Shown here one piece after another: positions 41,801 through 51,722 of a stretch of 64,000 nt of DNA. The notes beneath the pieces were generated by a model. That model had not been told where the DNA came from. It did no database searches and saw nothing but the letters and a program-made list of their open reading frames with translations. The DNA is taken from positions 1-64,000 of the IMG/VR virus record IMGVR_UViG_3300005581_000001; one strand, given 5' to 3'. The DNA is from a virus. The translations under genes were made by a program, and so were the position numbers. The first letter of the stretch is position 1. Every line of letters begins with the position of its first letter.

Positions 41801-44170
41801 AAAGCTTTTGTAGAATTTGAAAAAATTCCAAGAGATAAAACTAATGATAAAGTTACATTTGAAGTCGGAGCTATAAATCCTAAAGACCAAACCTTTACAG
41901 CAAATGCAATATTGGATAGAGTTAAAAAAGGAGAGGCAATAACTGAAGATGAAATAACTTATTTAGCTAAATATTTACCAATAAAAGTTACTATTACTAA
42001 TGGTAAAGATTCTGCAAGTTCTTTCATAGATTCAATGACCTCTAAATCTAATAAAATAGTAGAAGTTGAAACATTACCTTTAAGAAAATCAATAGTTGAG
42101 GCTTTAATTGCTAATAAAGGGAATTTTAAATCTATAGAAGGTAAAGTTGCAAAACAATTTACAGGTACTTTAAAGCTAGGAGAGCAAAATTCAAATGTAT
42201 TAGAATTAGATGTTTTTAAAGGAATGACTCCTGAAGAAAAGATTCAATATTTTAAAAAGAATACTGTTTACGTTAGTAATAAAGGAGATGTTAAATATTG
42301 TTCAAGTGACTTAATTGACGAAACCACATCTTTATCAGCTAGTAATAGAGGAGAAGTATTTTTAAAGATACCAATGATTAATGGTAAAATGTTCTATTTA
42401 AAGTTAAATACAGCTCGTTTAAGCGAAGAAAAAGCTCAAGATGTATTAAGTCTTATAACTTTGAAATCTAACCTTATAAAAGACAAAAAAGAATTTACAT
42501 TTGAAGATTTGCAAGCTTATATAGATAATGATTTGCCATTTGTTAAAAATGAATTTGAATTTATAAAAAGAAATAATGATTCTATAGATGTGAATCTAGA
42601 CAGACTTATTAATTTTATAATTTTCTCTCAAAATACAAACGCAAAAACTAAGTTAATGCTTAATAAAGATGGTTCTTTTACTGTTGGAGAGTTAATACAT
42701 AAAGTTAATAATATTTTAGGACTTGAAGGCAGTAAGGGCTATACTTATACTACTGATAAATTAAATAATTTATCTGATGGAGAAAGAGCTGCTTTGGTTA
42801 AATATTTTGAATACAAAAGACATAACGTTCTTATAACTAAAGACGATACTGCAACTTTTAATAATGATGACTATGTTAATTACTTATTAGGAATAAATAG
42901 TGATTATGCTATATTGACCACTAATGCAGTTGTAAATGAACCAACATTTCAAGGTTATTCAAATATTTACTTAAACCAAGCTGTTGTTGATAAAAATGCT
43001 AAAAAAGTTATTCCCGCTGAAGAAACTGAAGAGATTGATTTAGATAATCCTGAAGATTTATTAGCTTCATTAACTGGAAATTATGGAGGCATTGAAACTG
43101 AAACAATCAAAGTAGAAACGCAACAGCAAGTTGAAGTTGAGAAAGTAGCCGAGCCAGTTTCAGGGGAAATCACGCAAAACCAAGAAGTATCTCCTGAAGT
43201 TGCTGATATTGAGAAAAGAAGACAAGAGGAGTTGGAAAATAAAGAAGCTCATTATTTAATTCCGATAGGAGTAGATCTTAATTTAAGAGAAAATAAAAAA
43301 TTATTAGAAAGAAAAAGAATCAAGGACGAAATCAACGCCAAATACGACGCAGAATTAAAAGCTTTAAAGCCTAAAGTATCTCCTGTAAAAGATGTAGTAA
43401 AGAACAATAAATTAGATCAAATAAATTTATTAGAATCTAAGTTAAAAGGAATTATAAATACTTCTGGAGATTTTACAACATATCCTAAAGAGTTTTTTGA
43501 ATATTTAAATTTAATATTTAAACCAGGATTTACTGGTGATAAATCAGCACAATTTGATTTAAGAACTATTAATGATATTTATCCTGGATATTTAATGGAT
43601 TCTAATTTTTCAAAAGTAATAGAATCCGTAAAAAAAACAAATTCTTATCAAGGGATGCTTTTATCTATTAATAAGAATAATGAAAACTTTTCTAAAACTA
43701 ATGTAGTAGAAGATGTAGTTGCTACGAGTGTTGATAAACAAATAGCTGATTTAGAAACTGAAAGGCAAAAAGAACTTAAAACAGCTAAAATAAAACTTCC
43801 TGTTTTAGATTTATCTGCGTCTGAAAATCCAGAACAATATCCTAAAGAAGCTGCTGAAAATGATAGAAAAATAGAAGAATGGAAAAAATTACCTTCTATA
43901 ATTAATTCTAGGTATGATGAGCAAATAAATGCTTTAAAAGGCATCACAACTACAGAAGTTAAAACTATAAAATCCAACAATCTTCAAGAAGTATTTAAAG
44001 CTGCAGACGCTAAAACTAAAGCTAAAATAGTAACAGTTATGGCTAAGCAATTAGGATTAATGGATAAAGTAAATCCTAAAGATATGAACTCTAGTTTTAA
44101 TGAATTATATAGTAATCTTAAAGATAACGAGTCTTTAGAAAAAGAAATTGAAAAAATATGTGGAATTTAA
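38858..44170 (+). CDS. Large cargo / ejection protein 3
   Basis: 1770 aa; RAQKQSAW, Gly-rich membrane segments, SEGFFEEGLQ, coiled coils; precedes the vRNAP. Confidence 0.65.
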   Translation: MSLRRKNNPYESQFKNSDIINRFLSENKFVNNAPSNMETVYNAESKTPLLGTNTGLGESSYDEDLNWYSHIDENDPQDSINEYRAQKQSAWDQLGAGLGRTAVKAAVETSKLPGIIGGLVGGIAGQINDASTGEDNTNFIDTVFNNGWIKGLDSINEEIKSEYLPVYVKKAVRDGDLGDKIMSSAFWATDGADGAGFALGMILPGAMLGKLGLGAKMIGAANRMDKARELFAGAERAEEFVKAANKIGATARNIDSGISIGYNTAAEAGAEATQAGTETRANEGKIVNGWKASGYLNTPEYQIEAKKYIQSLDVKRRNGHLTMDQQNELTSDPLKVQEAVLHQRFENEVTSMQSSIFGRNVAILLGPNTLMHMQLFGRIGRSAEKIAEKGAVETVENVGRMSKILNSSIGKGVTKFGERVAKNTLSEGFFEEGLQTSTANQFKKYVAENRAEEVGFGDTIPDTFTEYAKMLGTTEGQVSVMLGGVLGTGMTSIAAHGQAKREAKIKNEITNRLSIPMNNLNNIFNINDIYKKDENGAIVYKKDAQGNPTTEPDIDLVKSQEVLRSLILTDDKLNRYKEAVDNGDNSYLDEQQSNAMFQLAKTAAYNGEKGLSLLKEQLDANSQLTDIQERDKNNDGSKKTYKQIVDETMETAKFLQKQNDKFQDFSSTIIKLNDERLDDPSKAKIYRTAFLNELNSRYLNVQNKLRFNKAKLEQLNKKRNDIFEELGIDPLYMSEAESPLIKMKSGIVSNEDINTRAKKTKEAIDSNELVKQVEEEYNKVSKDIEKNNKDISEVWKGNIVDKSFKDFVGDYLEVEEEANEDSLQNHQDVVDTINSFEDKASLVEYLKGLDQKFRDNDFIQNEFKDRYAYIGEQDKIKEELKRVEELEAESQKFEEDELVGTDTTPETTETVIDNDNNNGLETSQTSDNKEVDENGEVFDKDPSKENNLDDSTNPLKVAKNQGAARIISTNQQTGEALYPNLKAFVEFEKIPRDKTNDKVTFEVGAINPKDQTFTANAILDRVKKGEAITEDEITYLAKYLPIKVTITNGKDSASSFIDSMTSKSNKIVEVETLPLRKSIVEALIANKGNFKSIEGKVAKQFTGTLKLGEQNSNVLELDVFKGMTPEEKIQYFKKNTVYVSNKGDVKYCSSDLIDETTSLSASNRGEVFLKIPMINGKMFYLKLNTARLSEEKAQDVLSLITLKSNLIKDKKEFTFEDLQAYIDNDLPFVKNEFEFIKRNNDSIDVNLDRLINFIIFSQNTNAKTKLMLNKDGSFTVGELIHKVNNILGLEGSKGYTYTTDKLNNLSDGERAALVKYFEYKRHNVLITKDDTATFNNDDYVNYLLGINSDYAILTTNAVVNEPTFQGYSNIYLNQAVVDKNAKKVIPAEETEEIDLDNPEDLLASLTGNYGGIETETIKVETQQQVEVEKVAEPVSGEITQNQEVSPEVADIEKRRQEELENKEAHYLIPIGVDLNLRENKKLLERKRIKDEINAKYDAELKALKPKVSPVKDVVKNNKLDQINLLESKLKGIINTSGDFTTYPKEFFEYLNLIFKPGFTGDKSAQFDLRTINDIYPGYLMDSNFSKVIESVKKTNSYQGMLLSINKNNENFSKTNVVEDVVATSVDKQIADLETERQKELKTAKIKLPVLDLSASENPEQYPKEAAENDRKIEEWKKLPSIINSRYDEQINALKGITTTEVKTIKSNNLQEVFKAADAKTKAKIVTVMAKQLGLMDKVNPKDMNSSFNELYSNLKDNESLEKEIEKICGI

Positions 44171-44194
44171 TTAGGAATTATGAAATTAGTTTCG

Positions 44195-44202
44195 TATATT
44201 TG
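44195..44202 (+). promoter_or_regulatory. -7 promoter element for the vRNAP gene
   Basis: TTAGGAATT...CGTATATTTG in a 47-nt intergenic gap. Confidence 0.65.
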
Positions 44203-44217
44203 TATAAATTATAAAAT

Positions 44218-47200
44218 ATGGCGTGTACAAGAATAGCAATAACAGGTAAATCTGAATCATTATTATTTAATGATATTTATAGTAAAATAGCAGAATCTAA
44301 TGAAGAACTAGCTGATAAAATGTTTAGTCATTTTCAAACAGAGTTATTTAAAAAAGATTTTGGAAATTTTGTAGAAGATTATAATAACAATGTTATTTCA
44401 GATAGAACAGATGAAAATGGTGAGCCTAAGTTGTTTTATAACGAAACCGCTAAGAAACATTATTATTTAAATAAAGATAAAGAACAAGTGTATTTCCCTC
44501 TAGTTGATAGAGGGTTACGCGCTATATGGTCGTATGACCAAATCAATAAAATTAAATCTAGATTAGCGTTAGCTTATTTTACTAAATCAAGTGCTAAATT
44601 AGATTTTAATAATATTGATTTTAGTGAAATGGAAGCCCTTCCAAGAATTAGTCAATTTATAACTAAAGAAATTAAAGAAAAAGTTGCTAGTTTAGAAGAA
44701 GAAGGTGAATATTTCTCAGCATTAAGCTTATCTGAATCTTTAAATCACATAGATGAACTTTCTGAAAATGTTACTAATTTCTTTAAAGAAATGAATATTG
44801 AGTTAGTTGAAGATGATGCTAATGGAGTTGTGTTAGAAAATGAAGAGGAAGGTAAAGATCCTGTTTTTAATCAAGATTCCGCAGAAAGAAGTACTAAAAA
44901 AAGCGTGAGTACTAATGTTAAATTAAGACTTAGTTTACTTAAAGATAATGAAAATTTAGACCCAATATGGAATGAGCCTACATTTTTAAGTAGAGATATG
45001 GTTTATTCTGCATTACAAGGTGTTTTAAGCGATGAAATTGCATTGCCTGGTGAAGATATATTCAATTTACATAAAGATGCTTTAAATCGCATATTAGCAA
45101 AGAAACCTTTTTTAACAGAACTACACGGTTATTTAAATAACCCTGATATAACAGAGAATCAAAAAAGCGAATTCAGTCAAGCATTTAATTTGATTAAAAA
45201 TAATCATATAGTGACTCAATTTACTATAAATAAAGACAAGACTGTTTCTCATAGCGTTGTTCAAATATCTGATACTGGTTCAAAAACTACTCAAATAAAA
45301 GAACAATGGGATGAAAATTTTCAGAAAAACTTTTTAGGAGTCACTAATAAATTAAAAGATGGATCTAATGAAAGACTATCTAAAGGATTAGTGGTTGTAA
45401 AAGAATTGTCTAAAAAAATAGAGTCTTTTAAGAAGACTTTAAAAGACAGTTCTGATGAAAATTTAAAAAAGAATGAAGTTGAATTTGCTGGATTTGTAAA
45501 TGATATTACAAAAATATTAAAAGTTATAGGCGTAGAAACATCAGAAGATGGTTTTCAAATATACTTAGATAATTTTGGAAAAGACATTTCCTTACCTTCT
45601 ATGGTAAATAACCTACAAACACTTGTAGAACAAACAGAATATGTTTTAAAAGGCATAAAAGACAAATACGCTTCTGTATCAACTAATTATAGCACATTTA
45701 TTGGATTATCTCAAACATTAAGTAAATTAGCCTCGGCTGAAGCATTTATGATGTCTGAAGGCTCTGATGCTACTATTTTTACAGGTGGTAATCAAAAATG
45801 GATTTATTCATATCCATCGTACTTATCAAGTACTATAAAACAATGGAAAAAGAAACCTGAAATGTTAATTAGATTATATAAGTCTGGTCAATATCAATTA
45901 GGTTCTTACTATATGGGAGTATTGTCTGGAACTATTAATAGCAACGGAGATAAGCTTCAATATAATAACAAAGAAGAACAAATAGAAGTTTCTAGAAAAC
46001 TTTTAGATAAAGTTGATTTAGGAGTAATGAATCAAATGAGTACTGAATCTGATTATAAAAAAACAACAGATTTAGCTTATAAAGACTATTTAACTGATTA
46101 TATAAATAAGGTAATTTCTGGTGATTTTACTAGAACAACAACTCAAGCTGATAAAACAACTGAATTACAAATTAAATATAATTTACCTGTATCTTCTTAT
46201 AATGGTATAAAAAACGGAAATTTAACTTTAACTAGAAAGACTAAGAAAATATTTTTTGAATATTTTGCTTCTGAGTATCATAGAATGCTTGAAGCTAATA
46301 AGGAAGTTGAAGACGCAATGTTAGATGGAAGTTTAAAATTAACTCCTCATTATCATTATGTATATAATCCAGAAGCTATTGAAAACGATCCTTCATATGT
46401 GTATAGTAAAAATGGTAACGCTTTTAAATCTCAATATTTTGAAAAATTATCAAAAGATTCTAAAGGTCAAACTCAATTAGAAAAATCTATAACAGATTTA
46501 TTATATACTGACGGAAATTTAAATTTTCAAAAAATAGAACGAGGAGCTAATATAGATTTAGATAATTTATTTGACGAATATTTAGAAGAAAATTTAGATA
46601 AAAGATTTGGTCAAACTATAGCTTATTTACAAAGTTCTGATATATTAGTCAGAAATGAGGCTGGTAATTTAGTACCTAATAAAATAGACTCTAAAATATT
46701 AAATTCTCAATATAAAAATATAAGTGAGTTGCAAAAAGCTTATGCTGTAGCGTCCGACTTTATGGTTAATGGATTAATTCAGAACATAGAGTATTCTAAA
46801 ATGTTTACTGGCGATGTTGCTTTTTATAAGAATATGATTGATTATAAAAAACGTGTGCCAGCAACATATACTGATGGATTACAATTAAGAGTTAACGAGT
46901 GGAATGAAACATTTAAAATAGCTACTATTCAAAGTGTAATGCGAACATCTCCTTTTTACGATAAATTAGTAGAAGATCTTGGAGAGGTTGGCGCAAAACC
47001 TTATGAAAAAATTAATAGTGCAGATGCGCAAGCTTGGATAACTCCAAAAAGATGGAAGTTTTTAATTAAATCTTTAGGTAAATGGACTACTGGAAAAGAT
47101 AGTCACGAGTCAGTTTATCGTAAAATGATGGACGATTCTGAAGAAGGTGTTATATATAGTCAAAAAGAATTAAAACTGGCAGCACAACCTTTGAAAGGCG

Positions 47201-50200
47201 TTTATTTTTATAGAGACAAACAAGGTAAGCCAGTTTATTTAAAATATTCTCAAGCCATAATGTCTCACGCATTAGTAAAGGGTTCTGATTTAGAAAGATT
47301 ATTCAATAAAATGTCTTCTGAGCAAATAGATGAGGTTATTACTTTTGATGGCGTTAAAGTAGGATCTATTGAGCCAACTAAAATTCACGATGAAGGTGGA
47401 AACATAAAAGAAGATTTCCAACTTAATTCTCAAACTTTATATAATAGAGGTTGGAAGCTTCAACAAGACTTACCAACTAAAACATTTAAAGATACTGCCG
47501 TAGGTTCTCAAATACAAAAAAATATATTTGCTGGATTGTTACATAATCAAGAACTTGGAAATTTTGAATTAGACGGACAATTATACACTGGTAGAAATAT
47601 AATTGATAAAATTGTAGAAACAGTTACTGGATTAACAAATAATGGTCTTCAATCATTAAAAGAAGAATTCAAAATAAGTGATGATTTTAAAATAGGTGAT
47701 ATTTCTGGATTTTATAATACATTAATAGATGAATTGAAAAAAAGAGGTGGTTCTGATAATGTCATTAAAGCTTTAAAAGCCCAAACTACAATTATAGGAA
47801 TACCACAATCTTCCAGCAAATTATTTAACATATTTGCTGCTGTAATGAATAGTCGATTAGTTAAAATAAAAACTAATGGAGGTTCATTTATTCAGATGTC
47901 TAATTTTGGAATGAATAAAACAGAGGTTGAAGGTAAAGGAGTTAGATGGTCTCCATTAGCAGACGAAACTACTAATGAACCATACATTTATATTCATCCA
48001 GAAATTTTAAGACCAACAGTTAAACCTGGCGGAGTTTTAATATCTGGAGCGTTTTTATCTAAATACATTCCTGGTTGGAATAAAGAGGATAAGGATGGTC
48101 ATAAATTCACAAATGAAGAATTATTTGTTAGTTATAATGGCGGAGAACCAATTATTAGTAAAAAAATACAAGAAAATATTATTGGATATCGTATTCCAAA
48201 TCAGGGATTAGCTTCTAATGATGCTTTAAGAATTGTTGGAATATTACCAGAATCTTCTGGAGATACTATTGTAGCATATACTGGTATTACAACTAAAACT
48301 GGTTCGGATTTTGATGTTGATAAAATGTATATAATGTTTCCTGCTGTAATAAGAAAAGAAAACAGTAAACTTTTAGAATACGTTGATTATGATGAAAATA
48401 ATATAACTAAAAAAGGTCTTCAAAACAGACTTATAGAATTATACAAATCTGTACTAACTAATACTGATGTTCATAAAGAGGTAATGAAGCCTATTGATAT
48501 AGATTTTATAGAAAAAGAGCTTAACGCTTTATATCCTGAAAAATCAACAATATTTATGAATGCTTTTGATCCTGAAGTTGATACTAAACTAAGATATTCA
48601 TTTTTAGGTGGTAAAGCTGGAGTCGGTCAAGAAGCTAATGCTTTAGTTGATATTAGTAGAGAAGGTAGTTTATCCTTGTATGATGTTAAAAGTATATTAT
48701 GGGGCAATCACAATGAATTAGGAGAGTCTAAATTTGATGATGAATTTTCAGAAGAATTATCTGAAAAAGATTTAGATTATTACGTTAACGATATGGTTAA
48801 AAATGACACTTCTAATGAAAAGAAAGAAGCTCTCAAAAATGCTTTACGTAAAGTTAAAGTTGGAGATTCATTAACAGCTATTCTTAATGCATTTGTTGAT
48901 ATAGCAAAAGATCCATATATATCTAAAGGTAATTGGACGCTATCTACTACAAATGTAGGTAATATGCTTTTAAGACTAGGAGCTCATCCGTTATATGTTA
49001 TTAATTTCTTAGCAAACCCTATAATTAAGCAACACGTAGATTTTCAAAAATCTAAAGAAAGTTTAACTGAAGGAACAGATACTGGAGATAGTATTGAAAA
49101 ATTTAAAAAACAAATAGTTATTGACGCTTTAAGTAAAGTAAAAGATTATAATTTAGATTTAGGTCAACTATATAAAGATTATTTTAATAAGCTTAATATA
49201 GACTATAAGAAAACTAGATTACAACAACTATATGATCACAATGAAATATCTATAGATGAATTTACAACAAGAACATCTGAAGTAGATACTTTATTTGATA
49301 CAACTTTTAAATCGTTAGTTAAAAAATTAAAAGTATCTGATGATGTTTTGAATAGTATTGTAGATAATATGAAGAAACAGCATGAAATAGCTTTTGCGCC
49401 TAATAAATTAAATATATTTGACAACAAAAGTCTACAGTGGAATGAGTATTTGTTAAATTTAGAGTACTTTAGAAATCAAATTAAAACCAAAACACCAAAT
49501 ATTAATTTTCAAATAAATCTACTTAATACTTTTAAAGAAATGCAAGAGTATAGTAAGAATGTTAGAGAGAATGTAATGGTGTCTAAATTAGATACTGATG
49601 GAATGGGGAAAAGCCATAACGACTTATTCTCACTACTTAATTTAAAAGAACAAGTTTTAGGTAAGGTTGAAAATGGTATAAAGGGCTCTATTAAAGGGTT
49701 TGAAACTAAATTTCAAGGTACAACATTAGAAGCTTATTTAAATAGCTTAGAATGGGTTAAAAACGTAGTTCAAAGCAATCCTTTGCTATTTCCTACAGGA
49801 ACAGACCAAGTTCAGGGAATTTTTAACGAAGTTTCAAATGACTTGTATGGTGGAAAATTGACAAATGAAGATTTAATAACTAAATTATCAAAAGAGTACA
49901 ATACTTATGCGTTAAGTAAATTCTTTGATTTATCTAAAGAAGATACTGCTGATTTGTTAAATGATTTTCCATTAAGGTTAAAACAGTTTTCTGATGCTAA
50001 TAAAAGTAAATATTTTTTATTAGATGAACTAAATGTTAAAATTAGTAAATCAAAAGTTTATGGTTCTAGTGTATTTTTAAATAATAGAAAAAAATCATCT
50101 TCTTACGAAACTTTATTTACAAATTCTTGGAGAGATTTAATCATCGACAATCCAAAATTATCTGAAGACTTAATTAAATATTCTTTTGCTACTTCAGGTT

Positions 50201-51705
50201 TTCAAATGAATGTTAATCAATTTTTTACATACATACCAGCTGAATATTTTATACAGAAAGACATTAACAATTCTGTTAGTAAATTTATAGAAGGTAATCA
50301 GCAAGATTTCTTAGATAAATTCTACCTAAATAATCTAAATGATAAAAAATTAGTTAGGAAAGTCTTTAAAAATAATGTAGAAAGCTTAACTGGAAAAATA
50401 GATGAAGGATTTATTATATTAGAACCAGGAAAGGCTAGGTATTATGTAGAACTTGAAACGCAACAATCTCAAGAGCAACTTGAAAATAATGTAACTCCAT
50501 TACCTAAATATTATAAGTTAATTGGCTATGATTCTGAAGAAAGAGGTGTTTATAAAAGAATAGCTGAAACTTCGTATAAATTAAACAAAAAGAATCTTAA
50601 TAATTACACAGATACTAGCGAGCTAGTTACTGATGAATCTCTTAGGTTGCAAAGTTTAGTTGTTAGTGATAGACAAAAAGCTACTGTTGTTCCGTCAAAT
50701 TATACTCTTATTCCAAGTATTGTCTTTGAAGAAAAAAATAACAATAAGAAATCAATAAATATTTACGCAGGAACTAATGAAAACGCAAGTTTAAGTAATT
50801 TTGCGATTAGACCTTTTAAAATAGATTATGGAGGAACTTTATCTGAATTTGATTCTGTAGAACAAGCTTTTCAAGCTACTAAATTAGAATACTCTCAACC
50901 AAGTGATTTTAATTATGATTTAGAAGGAAAAATATTAAATTCTAAATCTCAAAGTGAAATAAAAAAACTTGGAAGATTATTTAAAGGATTAGATGTTGAA
51001 AAATGGAACGAAGATTCTTCTAAAATTATGAAAAGATTTATATTAGAATCATTTAAACAAAATCCTTTAGCATTAAAAGAACTTTTAAATACTGGAGATT
51101 CTAATTTAACTCATACGCAAGATAAAGGTAGTTGGGGAAAAGAATTTCCTAGATTGCTAATGGAGGTTAGAAAAGAATTAACTCCTGAAAATTTTTCTTA
51201 TAATGAGAATCAAGTAGAAATCAGGTTTGATAATGAAAATACAAATAAGGTTGAGTATTTTAAAGGGTTCTGGAATAGAGTAGATATTGAAAAACAAACC
51301 GATAAAGTATTTTTATTTGGAGATAATACTGATGATAGATTAGTAACTAAATATGTTCCTGCTTCTACGCAAGCTGTTATTAGAGGATTGCCTAATGCTA
51401 TAGGCATAGATACTAAAAAAAATAGAGGAACTTCTATTAAAAGTTATTTTACTGATTCTGATTTTAACATATTCAAACAACAAGTTGACGAAGCAATTCA
51501 GAAAGCTAAAGATAGTGGTAAGATAATAGTAATTCCTGAAGACGGAATAGGAACAGGTAAAGCAATGTTAAAAGAAAAAGCTCCTAAATTATTTAGTTAT
51601 CTTGAAGAACAATTAAATTTACTAAAAAATTCCGAAATTGAAATAGATGAAGATTTTAATTTAGACTCAATAGATTATGGAAATCCTGATATGGATTGTA
51701 TTTAA
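44218..51705 (+). CDS. Virion-packaged single-chain double-psi-barrel RNA polymerase with C-terminal NADAR and macrodomain-like domains
   Basis: GYRIPNQ and GSDFDVDK (DFDVD at 48307-48321), ADAQAW, QPLKG and VDIAKDP motifs as in crAss-like vRNAPs such as phi14:2 gp66. Confidence 0.88.
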   Translation: MACTRIAITGKSESLLFNDIYSKIAESNEELADKMFSHFQTELFKKDFGNFVEDYNNNVISDRTDENGEPKLFYNETAKKHYYLNKDKEQVYFPLVDRGLRAIWSYDQINKIKSRLALAYFTKSSAKLDFNNIDFSEMEALPRISQFITKEIKEKVASLEEEGEYFSALSLSESLNHIDELSENVTNFFKEMNIELVEDDANGVVLENEEEGKDPVFNQDSAERSTKKSVSTNVKLRLSLLKDNENLDPIWNEPTFLSRDMVYSALQGVLSDEIALPGEDIFNLHKDALNRILAKKPFLTELHGYLNNPDITENQKSEFSQAFNLIKNNHIVTQFTINKDKTVSHSVVQISDTGSKTTQIKEQWDENFQKNFLGVTNKLKDGSNERLSKGLVVVKELSKKIESFKKTLKDSSDENLKKNEVEFAGFVNDITKILKVIGVETSEDGFQIYLDNFGKDISLPSMVNNLQTLVEQTEYVLKGIKDKYASVSTNYSTFIGLSQTLSKLASAEAFMMSEGSDATIFTGGNQKWIYSYPSYLSSTIKQWKKKPEMLIRLYKSGQYQLGSYYMGVLSGTINSNGDKLQYNNKEEQIEVSRKLLDKVDLGVMNQMSTESDYKKTTDLAYKDYLTDYINKVISGDFTRTTTQADKTTELQIKYNLPVSSYNGIKNGNLTLTRKTKKIFFEYFASEYHRMLEANKEVEDAMLDGSLKLTPHYHYVYNPEAIENDPSYVYSKNGNAFKSQYFEKLSKDSKGQTQLEKSITDLLYTDGNLNFQKIERGANIDLDNLFDEYLEENLDKRFGQTIAYLQSSDILVRNEAGNLVPNKIDSKILNSQYKNISELQKAYAVASDFMVNGLIQNIEYSKMFTGDVAFYKNMIDYKKRVPATYTDGLQLRVNEWNETFKIATIQSVMRTSPFYDKLVEDLGEVGAKPYEKINSADAQAWITPKRWKFLIKSLGKWTTGKDSHESVYRKMMDDSEEGVIYSQKELKLAAQPLKGVYFYRDKQGKPVYLKYSQAIMSHALVKGSDLERLFNKMSSEQIDEVITFDGVKVGSIEPTKIHDEGGNIKEDFQLNSQTLYNRGWKLQQDLPTKTFKDTAVGSQIQKNIFAGLLHNQELGNFELDGQLYTGRNIIDKIVETVTGLTNNGLQSLKEEFKISDDFKIGDISGFYNTLIDELKKRGGSDNVIKALKAQTTIIGIPQSSSKLFNIFAAVMNSRLVKIKTNGGSFIQMSNFGMNKTEVEGKGVRWSPLADETTNEPYIYIHPEILRPTVKPGGVLISGAFLSKYIPGWNKEDKDGHKFTNEELFVSYNGGEPIISKKIQENIIGYRIPNQGLASNDALRIVGILPESSGDTIVAYTGITTKTGSDFDVDKMYIMFPAVIRKENSKLLEYVDYDENNITKKGLQNRLIELYKSVLTNTDVHKEVMKPIDIDFIEKELNALYPEKSTIFMNAFDPEVDTKLRYSFLGGKAGVGQEANALVDISREGSLSLYDVKSILWGNHNELGESKFDDEFSEELSEKDLDYYVNDMVKNDTSNEKKEALKNALRKVKVGDSLTAILNAFVDIAKDPYISKGNWTLSTTNVGNMLLRLGAHPLYVINFLANPIIKQHVDFQKSKESLTEGTDTGDSIEKFKKQIVIDALSKVKDYNLDLGQLYKDYFNKLNIDYKKTRLQQLYDHNEISIDEFTTRTSEVDTLFDTTFKSLVKKLKVSDDVLNSIVDNMKKQHEIAFAPNKLNIFDNKSLQWNEYLLNLEYFRNQIKTKTPNINFQINLLNTFKEMQEYSKNVRENVMVSKLDTDGMGKSHNDLFSLLNLKEQVLGKVENGIKGSIKGFETKFQGTTLEAYLNSLEWVKNVVQSNPLLFPTGTDQVQGIFNEVSNDLYGGKLTNEDLITKLSKEYNTYALSKFFDLSKEDTADLLNDFPLRLKQFSDANKSKYFLLDELNVKISKSKVYGSSVFLNNRKKSSSYETLFTNSWRDLIIDNPKLSEDLIKYSFATSGFQMNVNQFFTYIPAEYFIQKDINNSVSKFIEGNQQDFLDKFYLNNLNDKKLVRKVFKNNVESLTGKIDEGFIILEPGKARYYVELETQQSQEQLENNVTPLPKYYKLIGYDSEERGVYKRIAETSYKLNKKNLNNYTDTSELVTDESLRLQSLVVSDRQKATVVPSNYTLIPSIVFEEKNNNKKSINIYAGTNENASLSNFAIRPFKIDYGGTLSEFDSVEQAFQATKLEYSQPSDFNYDLEGKILNSKSQSEIKKLGRLFKGLDVEKWNEDSSKIMKRFILESFKQNPLALKELLNTGDSNLTHTQDKGSWGKEFPRLLMEVRKELTPENFSYNENQVEIRFDNENTNKVEYFKGFWNRVDIEKQTDKVFLFGDNTDDRLVTKYVPASTQAVIRGLPNAIGIDTKKNRGTSIKSYFTDSDFNIFKQQVDEAIQKAKDSGKIIVIPEDGIGTGKAMLKEKAPKLFSYLEEQLNLLKNSEIEIDEDFNLDSIDYGNPDMDCI

Positions 51706-51722
51706 TAAATAAAATAAAGAAT

